Source: Blastocatellia bacterium (GTDB lineage Bacteria > Acidobacteriota > Blastocatellia > UBA7656). Taken from it: DNA of 64,000 nt. The first letter of the stretch is position 1. Each line of letters starts with the position of its first letter. The stretch lies in NCBI GenBank assembly GCA_963765495.1, contig CAVXWP010000009.1, positions 384,001 through 448,000 of the forward strand. The letters are read 5' to 3'. The translations under genes were made by a program, and so were the position numbers. The notes under the pieces were generated by a model. The model saw only the letters and a program-made list of their open reading frames with translations, searched no databases and had not been told where the DNA came from. Of this stretch, positions 47,249 through 56,328 are shown one piece after another.

Positions 47249-48925
47249 ATGACTCCTCCTCCCTCTTCCCAAAAAATAGTCTTGCTTCTTGATCTTTCAG
47301 GAGACAAGCACTCCGCGCACGCGTGGGCGGCGCGTGAGTTTAGCGAGGCAGAGATTCGCGTTATCAACAAGGCCGATTTGAAATGGGGGTCGAAGCGCGA
47401 GGCGCTCCGCTTGATCAGAAGCGTCGCGCCCGACCTGTTCGCTTTCTTCACATCCGATCTTGAGATGCAAAGCGCCCGAAGCGCAATGCTTTTATTTGCG
47501 GCTCTCTCAGGCGCGCGTCGCGTTGTGATGGCAGACCGCTTCGGACGAACTCTTACACGCTCGCGCCTGGGCGCGCTGCTCATAGAAGCGCCTCGCTTCG
47601 CTCTGGAATTATTAGCCTACGTGCTGATAGTTCCACTCTCATGGTTTCTGACTCTGCTGCTTGGCGGCTCTCTTTTCTTCCGAAAAATCAACCGCGCTTC
47701 TCGAACCGGCAGCCCCGAAAGCTCCGCGCAATCAGGCAAAGGAAAGACGGCGCTCTATGTCAGAGCTACGATCACAAACACGACCGAAGGCGGTATGGCT
47801 ACACACGTAGCCGGGTTTCGCCGGGGCGCTCTCAAATCGGGACATCATCTGAAGTATTTGATAAGCGGGCGCGGGCACGGCGCTGATGAAACCGTGCTGA
47901 TAGCGCCCTCCTCGGCTGTGAGCGCGACGCGGGCGCTCTTTGAGTTGTGGAACAATCTGGTCTTTACCTTTAAGAGCCTCGAATTGTTGAGCGATCAGAT
48001 TGCCGTCAAGGATATTGATTTCATCTATCAGCGATACAACAGGTTTAACTGGGCGGGGGTGGCGCTGTCGGTCGTAACGGGGCTTCCGCTCGCGCTGGAA
48101 TTCAACGGCTCGGAAGTGTGGGTGAGCAGGCGATGGGACCCCGTGGGCCAGATATGGCTGCTCAAGAGATTTGAGCGACTCAACCTGCGCGCAGCCGATT
48201 TTATATTCGTGGTATCGGATGTCGAGCGGCACAACCTGCTTGGAGCAGGCGTCGAAGACGAGCGCATTCGGGTCAACCCTAACGGAGTAGACACGGATGA
48301 ATTCAAACCCGATTCGGGCGGGAGACAGGTGCGGCGCTCGCTTGGAGTGGATGACAAGATCGTAATAGGTTTTCTCGGCACGTTCGGCCCCTGGCACGGC
48401 GCGCCCGTTCTTGCCGAAGCGGCTACAAAGGTCGATGAACGAACAGGCTGTCATTTTCTGTTTATCGGCGACGGCGACCAGCGCCCCGTGGCCGAGGCGA
48501 TCATTGAAAAAGCAGACAAACGCGACCGCGCTACCTTTACCGGACGGATCGCTCACGCCGAGGTTCCGGCCTACCTGGACGCCTGCGATATACTGGCCTC
48601 TCCGCACGTAGAGTCAACCGACGGCAGCGAGTTTTTCGGCTCGCCTACAAAGCTATTCGAATATCTGGCGATGGCCCGTCCGGTCGTCGCCAGCCGGATC
48701 GGGCAGATTGCCGATGTGATCGAGGACGGCAAGACCGGGGTGCTCGTCGAGCCTGGAAACGCGGCGGCGCTTGCGCAAGCCATAGAGCGGCTGGCAAAGG
48801 ATGCCGACTTGCGGTCGCGGCTCGGAGTTGCCGCCAGGCAGATGGTAAGCGAGCGCTTTACGTGGAAGCGCAATGCCGACCGGGTTTTTACAACGGTCAT
48901 GCGAGGAATGACGCGTGATGCGTGA
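47249..48925 (+). CDS. Glycosyltransferase family 4 with N-terminal extension
   Basis: PNGVDT, GTFGPWHG, FFGSPTKLFEYLAMARPVVAS. Confidence 0.9.
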   Translation: MTPPPSSQKIVLLLDLSGDKHSAHAWAAREFSEAEIRVINKADLKWGSKREALRLIRSVAPDLFAFFTSDLEMQSARSAMLLFAALSGARRVVMADRFGRTLTRSRLGALLIEAPRFALELLAYVLIVPLSWFLTLLLGGSLFFRKINRASRTGSPESSAQSGKGKTALYVRATITNTTEGGMATHVAGFRRGALKSGHHLKYLISGRGHGADETVLIAPSSAVSATRALFELWNNLVFTFKSLELLSDQIAVKDIDFIYQRYNRFNWAGVALSVVTGLPLALEFNGSEVWVSRRWDPVGQIWLLKRFERLNLRAADFIFVVSDVERHNLLGAGVEDERIRVNPNGVDTDEFKPDSGGRQVRRSLGVDDKIVIGFLGTFGPWHGAPVLAEAATKVDERTGCHFLFIGDGDQRPVAEAIIEKADKRDRATFTGRIAHAEVPAYLDACDILASPHVESTDGSEFFGSPTKLFEYLAMARPVVASRIGQIADVIEDGKTGVLVEPGNAAALAQAIERLAKDADLRSRLGVAARQMVSERFTWKRNADRVFTTVMRGMTRDA

Positions 48926-48999
48926 CTATCAGACAGGTCGCATGTTTTAGACAACTTGCAATCCTGCTAATCACGCATCACGCATCACGCGTCACGCAT
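48908..48999. repeat. GTGATGC/GCATCAC heptamer inverted-repeat element
   Basis: Supplies the GT stop codon; spacer is homologous to that of 28984-29094. Confidence 0.85.
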
Positions 49000-49007
49000 A
49001 AGAAACA

Positions 49008-50198
49008 ATGATTAAAAATAAATCTATAATCTGTTTTGCGGGCGAAGACTGGTGGTATCATCACCCGCATTCCAAGAATCACATAATGAAGCGGCTGGCA
49101 CGCGCGGGCAATCGCGTGATGTTTGTCAATTCGATCTCGATGGGGTTGCCTTCGATGACGAGCCCCGATTTTTTCGGGAAGATAAAGCGAAAACTGCGCA
49201 GCTACGGCAGATTTGTTCGCCTCACCGAAGAGGGCATAATAGTCGTCTCTCCGCTTTCGCTTCCCTTCTATTCAAGTCGTACAGGGAGAGCGCTCAATCG
49301 CCTGCTGTTGCTCGCTCAGATAAAGCTGTTGATGGTTGCATACGATTTACGCGACCCCGTTTTGTGGATAGCCATCCCGACAGCGCGAGAGATAGCGGGC
49401 CGCATCGGAGAAAGCGCGCTCATCTATCAGGTATCGGACAAGTACGAAGCAAACCGCATGGATCACGCTACTCGTGAAGGCGTCATAGCCGATATGCACC
49501 GCGACCTGCTGAATCGAGCCGATCTGATCTATTTTTCAGGGCGCAAACTGATCGAAGAAGAGAGGGCCGCGCACCCGGAAATAACAGGCAAGGCGCGGCT
49601 GCTCGAACAGGCGGTGGATTTCGACCATTTCGCTTCGGCGACCTCAAAAGAGTGGACCGCGCCCTCAGACATCCGCGACCTACCGCGCCCGCGACTCGGC
49701 TACTTCGGAGCCATAGAGACATGGCTGATCGATCAGGAATTGATTCGCTACGTAAGCCGGAAGCGACCCGACTGGCAATGGGTGATGCTCGGATTAAAGG
49801 CGGCCCGCCTCGACATCGAAGACCTGCCGAATGTTCATTACCTCGGTTCGAAGCCGTACGCCGATATGCCCCGCTACGCCTCGGCGTTTCAAGTCTGCGT
49901 CTTGCCCTGGGTCACAGACAACGAGTTTGTAAGCTACGGCTCGGCCATCAAGGTGCGCGAATATCTGGCTACGGGCAAGCCTGTCGTCATAACTCCGCTT
50001 TACGAATATGAGCCTCTGGATGGTATACTGCGCATTTCCCGTAGCTACGACGATTTCATAGCCAGGGTTGAAGACGCGCTTTCCGAAGAGGGCGAATACG
50101 CAAGCCTTGCGCGGCAACAGGCCGTCAAAGGCTCAACCTGGGACGTTCGCGCCGAAGAAGTAAGCCGCGAAATAGAGAGGCTGATACGTGGGGAGTAA
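49008..50198 (+). CDS. Glycosyltransferase (GT-B, TuaH-like)
   Basis: PRLGYFGAI, NVHYLGSKPY, KVREYLATGKPVV. Confidence 0.88.
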   Translation: MIKNKSIICFAGEDWWYHHPHSKNHIMKRLARAGNRVMFVNSISMGLPSMTSPDFFGKIKRKLRSYGRFVRLTEEGIIVVSPLSLPFYSSRTGRALNRLLLLAQIKLLMVAYDLRDPVLWIAIPTAREIAGRIGESALIYQVSDKYEANRMDHATREGVIADMHRDLLNRADLIYFSGRKLIEEERAAHPEITGKARLLEQAVDFDHFASATSKEWTAPSDIRDLPRPRLGYFGAIETWLIDQELIRYVSRKRPDWQWVMLGLKAARLDIEDLPNVHYLGSKPYADMPRYASAFQVCVLPWVTDNEFVSYGSAIKVREYLATGKPVVITPLYEYEPLDGILRISRSYDDFIARVEDALSEEGEYASLARQQAVKGSTWDVRAEEVSREIERLIRGE

Positions 50199-50282
50199 TT
50201 TGAGCTTTTGAGATTCGAAATCTGAGACTTGAGCCCACGCATCACGATTCACTTATTAAATTTACCGGAGCAATACATATCC

Positions 50283-52658
50283 ATGAATCATAGAAGAATC
50301 TTTCTGGGCATATCGCTTACGACGCTTGCAGTGCTGATGCTTGAACTGACGCTCACGCGGCTCTTTTCAGCCACGATGTATTATCATTTCGCCTTCATGG
50401 CGATCTCGCTTGCGCTGTTCGGATCGGGCGTGAGCGGCGTATTCATATATCTGTTCCAGCGCAGGTTCGACCCGGCGCGAACAGGCAGGTGGCTCAGCCT
50501 GTGGGCGGTGCTCTTTTCGCTTTCGACCGTATTCGCTCTCTGGGTGATACTTTCGAATCCGCTTGTCTTCTCGGACGGAACGGAAAATTTCCTGCGGCTG
50601 ACAAAGATTTATGGCGCTACGACTCTGCCGTTTTTCTTTGGCGGCTGCGCGGTCACGCTTGCAATCACAAGGCTCGCAAAAGAGATAAGCCGCCTCTATC
50701 TGTTCGACCTGGCGGGCGCGGCTTTGGGGTGCCTCCTGCTCATACCCGTAATCAATCTGGTAGGCGCAATCAACACGGTGCTTCTCGCTTCGGCGATTGC
50801 GGCGGCGGCGGCGGCTCTCTTCTCAACTTCCACGCCCGGAGGCCGCGCCTATCTGGTCGCTTCGCTCGTAGTGGCCGTAGCGATTAGCGGCGTCATCGTC
50901 CTCAACAGCCGAAACGAGTGGATAGACATACACAGATCGAAGGGGATGAAAGAAGAGAATGTTCTCTTCTCCAAGTGGAACTCTTTTTCGCGCATCACCG
51001 TCGATGGCATCCCCGATCAGTATATGCAAATCAAGATTGACGCGGACGCGGCTACGGGTATCACAAAGAACGCAAGCGATGTAGAGAGTCATCAGGGCGA
51101 GCGAAGAAGCATCACCGCTCTGGCCTATAATCTGAAGCAGGGGGCGAGCACGCTGATAATAGGGCCGGGCGGGGGCAATGATGTGATGGCGGCCCGCGTA
51201 TTCGGGCAGCGCCCCATCACGGCGGTCGAAATCAACCCCATCATCGCTCGCGATGTTATGTCATCCGAGCCGTTCAAGAGTTTTTCAGGCTCGATATATC
51301 AACAGCCCGATGTGCGGCTCGTCGTTGACGAAGGACGTAGTTTTATACGCAGTTCCGCAGATCACTACGACATCATCCAGGCCACGATGGTCGACACGTG
51401 GGCCGCAACCTCGGCGGGCGCGTTCGCGCTGACGGAAAACAACCTCTACACGGTCGAGGCGTTCAAGGATTATGTCACGCATCTTTCCGATGACGGGTTG
51501 CTGACGATGACTCGATGGTACTTCGAGCCGCCCGACCAATTGCTTCGGCTCATCTCGCTTTCCCGCGTAATGATGTCCGAACTTGGCATCACAAATCCGG
51601 CGCGGCACATTATGCTTGTGCGCGACGCGAGCAGCGGCAGCGAGCGCACGCCCGCGACCTACATCTTCAAGAAGAGCGAATTCACAGACGACGAGGTGCG
51701 AAGAATCGAAGCGGTCGCGGCGGAAAATGATTTCCAGCTTCTCTATACACCGCTCACCCGACCCGATAACATATTCACGAAAATGATAGAGGCCCCGGAC
51801 CCGTCCGATGTATGGCGTACGTTCGAGACCAACGTCGAGCCTACGCGGGATAATAATCCGTTCTTCTTCAACTCGATTCGCCTGTCGAATCTCGGGCGGG
51901 CGCTTGGCGGCGTAGATGAATGGCAAAAGACCAATCTCGGCACCTTCGTGCTGTTCGCGTTGTTTGCGTTGACCTCTGTGCTCGTGGTGCTTTTCATAAT
52001 CGGGCCGCTCCTGCTTGCGCGAGGACGCGCGCTTGTAAGCGGCTCAAAAGGAACTCTCTCTTACCTGATATATTTCGCGTGTCTCGGCGCGGGCTTTATC
52101 ATAGTCGAGATAGCTATGGTGCAGAAGTTTATCCTTTTTCTGGGCCACCCGGTCTACGCGCTCGCAGTAGTGCTTTTCTCGTTGCTCACCTTCAGCGCGG
52201 CGGGCAGCTACCTGAGCGGGCGCTTCGACGAAGAACGGCTTGTAGGGGCGCTCACGAAATTGCTGCTTGTCCTCGTTGCGCTGGTCATCGTTTACATACT
52301 CGTGCTGCCGCCGATCTTTTATAATCTCGTGCAACTGGCGCGGCCGATTCGCATCGTCATCGCGGTGGTGTTGATGGCCCCGCTAGCAATGGTGATGGGT
52401 ATGCCGATGCCTACAGGGATAAGGATACTGGCGCGCAATGCGCCTGAGATCATCCCCTGGGCCTGGGGAGTCAACGGCGCGACATCGGTCATGGGATCGG
52501 TAGCGGCGCTTGTCATAGCGATTCTGACCGGCTTTAATCAGGCCCTTATAATCGGCGCGGCGCTTTATCTGCTGGCCATCTTCTTTATCACACGGGCGCG
52601 CGCTAAACGAGGCAAGATCGTAGCCGAACATCCTCTGGCCGAATCCGTAAACGCCTGA
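50283..52658 (+). CDS. Polytopic membrane protein with central spermidine-synthase-like (class I SAM-binding) domain
   Basis: TM blocks at both ends; LIIGPGGGND, AVEINP, DEGRSF, ENNLYTVEAF, PWAWGVNG. Confidence 0.82.
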   Translation: MNHRRIFLGISLTTLAVLMLELTLTRLFSATMYYHFAFMAISLALFGSGVSGVFIYLFQRRFDPARTGRWLSLWAVLFSLSTVFALWVILSNPLVFSDGTENFLRLTKIYGATTLPFFFGGCAVTLAITRLAKEISRLYLFDLAGAALGCLLLIPVINLVGAINTVLLASAIAAAAAALFSTSTPGGRAYLVASLVVAVAISGVIVLNSRNEWIDIHRSKGMKEENVLFSKWNSFSRITVDGIPDQYMQIKIDADAATGITKNASDVESHQGERRSITALAYNLKQGASTLIIGPGGGNDVMAARVFGQRPITAVEINPIIARDVMSSEPFKSFSGSIYQQPDVRLVVDEGRSFIRSSADHYDIIQATMVDTWAATSAGAFALTENNLYTVEAFKDYVTHLSDDGLLTMTRWYFEPPDQLLRLISLSRVMMSELGITNPARHIMLVRDASSGSERTPATYIFKKSEFTDDEVRRIEAVAAENDFQLLYTPLTRPDNIFTKMIEAPDPSDVWRTFETNVEPTRDNNPFFFNSIRLSNLGRALGGVDEWQKTNLGTFVLFALFALTSVLVVLFIIGPLLLARGRALVSGSKGTLSYLIYFACLGAGFIIVEIAMVQKFILFLGHPVYALAVVLFSLLTFSAAGSYLSGRFDEERLVGALTKLLLVLVALVIVYILVLPPIFYNLVQLARPIRIVIAVVLMAPLAMVMGMPMPTGIRILARNAPEIIPWAWGVNGATSVMGSVAALVIAILTGFNQALIIGAALYLLAIFFITRARAKRGKIVAEHPLAESVNA

Positions 52659-52662
52659 CGAA

Positions 52663-52789
52663 GGGATGAGGGATGAGGGATGAGGGATGAAAAAGACTGT
52701 TGCATGAGTACACGTTGAAAAGCGGTTTGTCAGTAATCGAGATAATTCCTGAGAGTCCGTTTCATCCCTCATCCCTCATCCCTCATCCC
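52663..52789. repeat. GGGATGA heptamer inverted-repeat element, copy 4 (spacer inverted relative to copies 1-3)
   Basis: (GGGATGA)4, 71-nt spacer, (TCATCCC)4. The reverse-complemented spacer aligns ungapped with the 21455-21525 spacer. Confidence 0.9.
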
Positions 52790-52932
52790 TTCCGCTGTCG
52801 TCTGCTTGCAATACGCCGCTGATCGAATAGCGCGTACCAAAAGAATCCAACCGCTTATATCCAACCACGTCATAGACGCAAAAATCCGTAAAATTTGAAG
52901 GTTTTTGATAATTTTGGGAATACCTGGGTCGA

Positions 52933-52948
52933 TGGTACGAAGGTTGCA
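52933..52948 (+). promoter_or_regulatory. Sigma54 (-24/-12) promoter
   Basis: TGGTAC-GAAGG-TTGCA (GG-N10-GC), 25 nt before the ATG at 52973. Confidence 0.72.
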
Positions 52949-52972
52949 ATTTCATCAGAGCGGAGGTTAGCG

Positions 52973-53194
52973 ATGACAGCACTATTGGCAATAGTAACGG
53001 GAGTGATGATGACGGCGGTAGGAGTTGCAATCGCAGGGCTGGTCCTTGAGATCATCCTGGTTTTGTTGAGTCGAAGCTTTGCGCCCGAGCGACCCGCTGA
53101 AGCAGCCGAGATAAAGAGCAGGCCGGTCGTCATTGAATTCAAGCCGTCTGAAAGCGCTGTCAATGCTATGGAATGGATCGAAGAGGCGGCGTAA
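52973..53194 (+). CDS. Small hypothetical membrane protein (73 aa)
   Basis: RBS GGAGG; MTALLAIVTGVMMTAVGVAIAGLVLEIILVLL. Confidence 0.65.
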   Translation: MTALLAIVTGVMMTAVGVAIAGLVLEIILVLLSRSFAPERPAEAAEIKSRPVVIEFKPSESAVNAMEWIEEAA

Positions 53195-53233
53195 AGCCGG
53201 TCAAACTTATCAAGACATATCAAGGAGGATACT

Positions 53234-53383
53234 ATGCTTTGGACAATTTTCGTAATTCTGTTGGTTTTGTGGATTCTCGGCCTTGTTAGCGGAACAACCT
53301 TTGGTGGCTTTGTTCACCTGTTGATCGTGCTCGCAGTGGTAGTGCTTATATTCCAGTTGCTGAGCGGTCGTCGGGCTGTCTAG
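53234..53383 (+). CDS. Small membrane protein of the lmo0937/DUF5670 type (49 aa)
   Basis: Not in the ORF track. RBS AAGGAGG; MLWTIFVILLVLWILGLVSGTTFGGFVHLLIVLAVVVLIFQLLSGRRAV. Confidence 0.88.
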   Translation: MLWTIFVILLVLWILGLVSGTTFGGFVHLLIVLAVVVLIFQLLSGRRAV

Positions 53384-53433
53384 CTGTGCCGGATTGAAAA
53401 TATCACAAGGTTCCTTTAGAGGAGGAGAATATC

Positions 53434-53595
53434 ATGGCAGATGAAGGTTCAACCGCCGGTCTGTATATATTGATTGCGTTTCTGATAATTCTTGTGGTCG
53501 GAGCGTTGCTATACTTCGGCGGCGTTTTCACTCAGAAGAAATCAGTGGACATTAATATCAATAAGCCAGGCGTAGTCCTACAACTCACCCGGTGA
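53434..53595 (+). CDS. Small single-TM protein (53 aa)
   Basis: Not in the ORF track. RBS GAGGAGG; MADEGSTAGLYILIAFLIILVVGALLYFGGVFTQKKSVDININKPGVVLQLTR. Confidence 0.8.
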   Translation: MADEGSTAGLYILIAFLIILVVGALLYFGGVFTQKKSVDININKPGVVLQLTR

Positions 53596-53621
53596 GAGAA
53601 CGAACAAGCTGGGTTATGGGT

Positions 53622-53647
53622 GGGGCATCTGAGAAAGGTGCCCCTTT
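53622..53647. terminator. Hairpin terminator between convergent genes
   Basis: GGGGCATCT-GAGAA-AGGTGCCCC followed by TTT. Confidence 0.65.
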
Positions 53648-53653
53648 GCTATT

Positions 53654-55183
53654 TCAATTCAACCTTTCGTGCAGCAGCACTTTTACACCTGCGCGCCAGT
53701 TTTCATTTATCCCAAGGCGATAAACGGGCACGTGATCCTGTATGGTTTGCGCGATCAGTTTCGTAGTGGCGTGAAAACGAAATAGCGGCGCTACGAGATA
53801 GATCATCGGTCGAGCGTCTGAGAGTCTTAATCCTGCAAAGTAACCGCGTTTCTGGAAATCTTTTCGCTTCAAATGCCACTGGACTCTGAGCCAGTAATCG
53901 AGTCCCTGAAACGGGAATTCGACATCTTCGCTCACTTTCAATTCAATCACAACCAGGCGGCCATCACGCGTGGAGGCAAGCAGGTCTATAAAGGCCCGCT
54001 GCTCGCCGCGATAGGCCGGAACCTGAGAGTAAACAAAGCGAGGGTCAAGCGTTGCGTCGAGAATCGTTATATCGCGGCGTATGATGGATTCGAGCCATTG
54101 TTCACCCTGAGCGCGAAAAATCTGATCGTTGCGGTGCTCGGAATCGGCGCTGCGACGCGAGGCTATTTCAAAGATCAGTTCTTCAAGCTCCCGTCTGTTT
54201 GTTTGATCCAGTATCTTCTTCCCGCCCCCCGATCCAACACCCGATCCAAATTCAACCCGCCGCCGCGCAGTTGATACGCGGGCAAAATCCAGACCATGAA
54301 TCGAAAGTTTGATCGAGCCGTGCTGCATTTGAATCTCTATCAAATCGGGCGCGAGTCCGGCTATCGAATCAACCAGGGCCGAAAGCTCGGGATCGCTTTG
54401 CAAGACGCGCGGCCACCTGGCTCGGCGCGCCGCTTTTCGCAGGTTGTCGGCCACATCGCCCTGATCGAAAGCCGCGACAGGCTCAAGGGTCTTACTCGTC
54501 TCGTCTACCTCGTAAAGCGAAATATCCGCAAAGTCAGACCGCAGCCGAGTCATGCGAGTCGCTATCGTGATTGCGTGACCGCGCGGGACAAAGATCATCA
54601 GCCGGTTCACGCGGCTCTGTTTTCGGCGTAACGCCTCAAGCCAGATCACGGCATAGGCAAGCGTAGCGTTTATGTTCGAATCGGATTCCTGCCCGCTTAT
54701 TCCAATCCCCGCGATGAGCTTGCCGCGATAGCTGAGCACGAGCCGGGTATGGACTCCCGACAAATGGCTGCTATCATTGCGGGCGGAAGTGGCGCTTTCG
54801 ACCCGAAAGCCCGCGAGATTCGATTCAATTATCGCTGAAAGCGAGACGGTGAAGTCTTCACGCGAGCGCGCGGATTCAAACGCCACAGGGCCGTGTCGTA
54901 ATTCCACCGTGCAGCGAACCAGACCCATCTGCTTTGTGCAGTGAAGGCGCAAATGCTCGGACGCGACTTCGCAGCCCGTTATGCGCCACGAACGCGACCA
55001 CCCCTCGCCCCAGCACGAGAATATCAATTTGCCGTATGAAAATTCTGCCGCGCACCGTCCGGGCGACGTGGAAGAGATGAGTCGCCCGTCTTCGTACAGA
55101 TCGAAATCGCCGCCAAGCAGAAATAATTCGAGTTCATACCTGACGCGACTCAGATCATCCGTAGAATCGGTGTGATTCTTCAC
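53654..55183 (-). CDS. Hypothetical protein with C-terminal NucS-like PD-(D/E)XK nuclease motif
   Basis: EQWLESII..IDLLASTRDGRLVVIELK..QGLDYW..YLVAP. Confidence 0.75.
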   Translation of the reverse strand: MKNHTDSTDDLSRVRYELELFLLGGDFDLYEDGRLISSTSPGRCAAEFSYGKLIFSCWGEGWSRSWRITGCEVASEHLRLHCTKQMGLVRCTVELRHGPVAFESARSREDFTVSLSAIIESNLAGFRVESATSARNDSSHLSGVHTRLVLSYRGKLIAGIGISGQESDSNINATLAYAVIWLEALRRKQSRVNRLMIFVPRGHAITIATRMTRLRSDFADISLYEVDETSKTLEPVAAFDQGDVADNLRKAARRARWPRVLQSDPELSALVDSIAGLAPDLIEIQMQHGSIKLSIHGLDFARVSTARRRVEFGSGVGSGGGKKILDQTNRRELEELIFEIASRRSADSEHRNDQIFRAQGEQWLESIIRRDITILDATLDPRFVYSQVPAYRGEQRAFIDLLASTRDGRLVVIELKVSEDVEFPFQGLDYWLRVQWHLKRKDFQKRGYFAGLRLSDARPMIYLVAPLFRFHATTKLIAQTIQDHVPVYRLGINENWRAGVKVLLHERLN

Positions 55184-55248
55184 ACGCGCCTTTTAACAGC
55201 CCGTTCATCCCTGGTCAAGGCCGTATGAAAGATGGGCGCAAATTGAAT

Positions 55249-56328
55249 TCAGGCGGAAGCCTTGTGGCGGGCGGCAAGCTGGCCGCAGGCAGCCGAGATG
55301 TCCTGGCCTCGAGGGCGGCGAATAAAGGCGGGCAGCCCCGATGCGGTCAATATCTTTTGAAACGCGAGTATCCGCTCCATCGAAGACGATTGATAAGGAA
55401 GCTCGGGCGCGGGGTTGTGCGGGATCAAATTCACCTTGGCGCGCACGCTCGCAAGCAACTGCACAAGCTCGCGCGCGCTCGGGTCGCTGTCGTTGATTCC
55501 CCGTAGCATAACGTATTCGAATGTCAGCCGCTCGCGCTCGCCCAGAGGATACCTGCGGCACGCTTCCATCAATTCGGCGAGTGGATATTTTCGGTTTATA
55601 GGAAACAACTGATTGCGGATTTCATCATTGGGCGCGGTCAGCGATATGGCCAGCCTCGGTCGCACATCCTCTTTGGCCAGCCTGTAGATCGCAGGCACAA
55701 TGCCCGCGGTCGAAAGCGTCACGCGGCGCGGCGCGATGGCGAGACCTCCGCTATCGGCAAAGAGCCGTATTGATCCGATCACGCTTTCATAGTTGAGCAG
55801 CGGCTCGCCCATCCCCATCATCACGATGTTTGTTCCGTGGGGAGTTTCGACGCCCGGCCCGTAAACTTCGTTTAGCACTATGACGACCTGCGAGATTATT
55901 TCGCCCGCCATCATGTTGCGCTTGAGCCCGATCACACCCGTCATGCAGAAATCACAGGCCAGAGGGCAGCCCACCTGACTCGATATGCATATGGTATCGC
56001 GTCTGTCTTCGGGCATGAAGACGGATTCTACCTCGCGGTCGTCGCCAAGCCTGAGCAAAAACCTTCTCGTCCCGTCCGAAGACACAAAGACGTTTTCTAT
56101 CCGCGTACGGGTCACAACCGCTCGTTCTTCAAGGAGCCGGCGCAGCGTCTTTGGCAAATCCGTCATCTGATCGAAGGCAGTGAGGCGACGGCGATATACC
56201 GCATCGTAAAGCTGACGTGCGCGATAGGGCTTTTCATCGAACGTCCGCAGAAAAACGCACATCTCATCTGCACTGAGGCCAAGCAACTCTATTCTGTTTT
56301 CCGCACCCTCGCTGCTCATCAAATCCAA
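55249..56328 (-). CDS. rlmN: 23S rRNA A2503/tRNA C2-methyltransferase (radical SAM)
   Basis: CISSQVGCPLACDFCMTG, MGMGEP, VNLIPHN, GQDISAACGQL. Confidence 0.97.
   Translation of the reverse strand: MDLMSSEGAENRIELLGLSADEMCVFLRTFDEKPYRARQLYDAVYRRRLTAFDQMTDLPKTLRRLLEERAVVTRTRIENVFVSSDGTRRFLLRLGDDREVESVFMPEDRRDTICISSQVGCPLACDFCMTGVIGLKRNMMAGEIISQVVIVLNEVYGPGVETPHGTNIVMMGMGEPLLNYESVIGSIRLFADSGGLAIAPRRVTLSTAGIVPAIYRLAKEDVRPRLAISLTAPNDEIRNQLFPINRKYPLAELMEACRRYPLGERERLTFEYVMLRGINDSDPSARELVQLLASVRAKVNLIPHNPAPELPYQSSSMERILAFQKILTASGLPAFIRRPRGQDISAACGQLAARHKASA

Noticed and set aside
16463-52789. Repeat-spacer-repeat elements as a CRISPR array
   Set aside because: The repeats are inverted 7-mer tandems, dispersed, with homologous spacers; no cas genes are present.
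52846-52873. Possible ECF promoter CCAAC-N16-CGTC upstream of the small-protein operon
   Set aside because: It is a weak match, and the sigma54 site closer to the first ORF explains the operon better.
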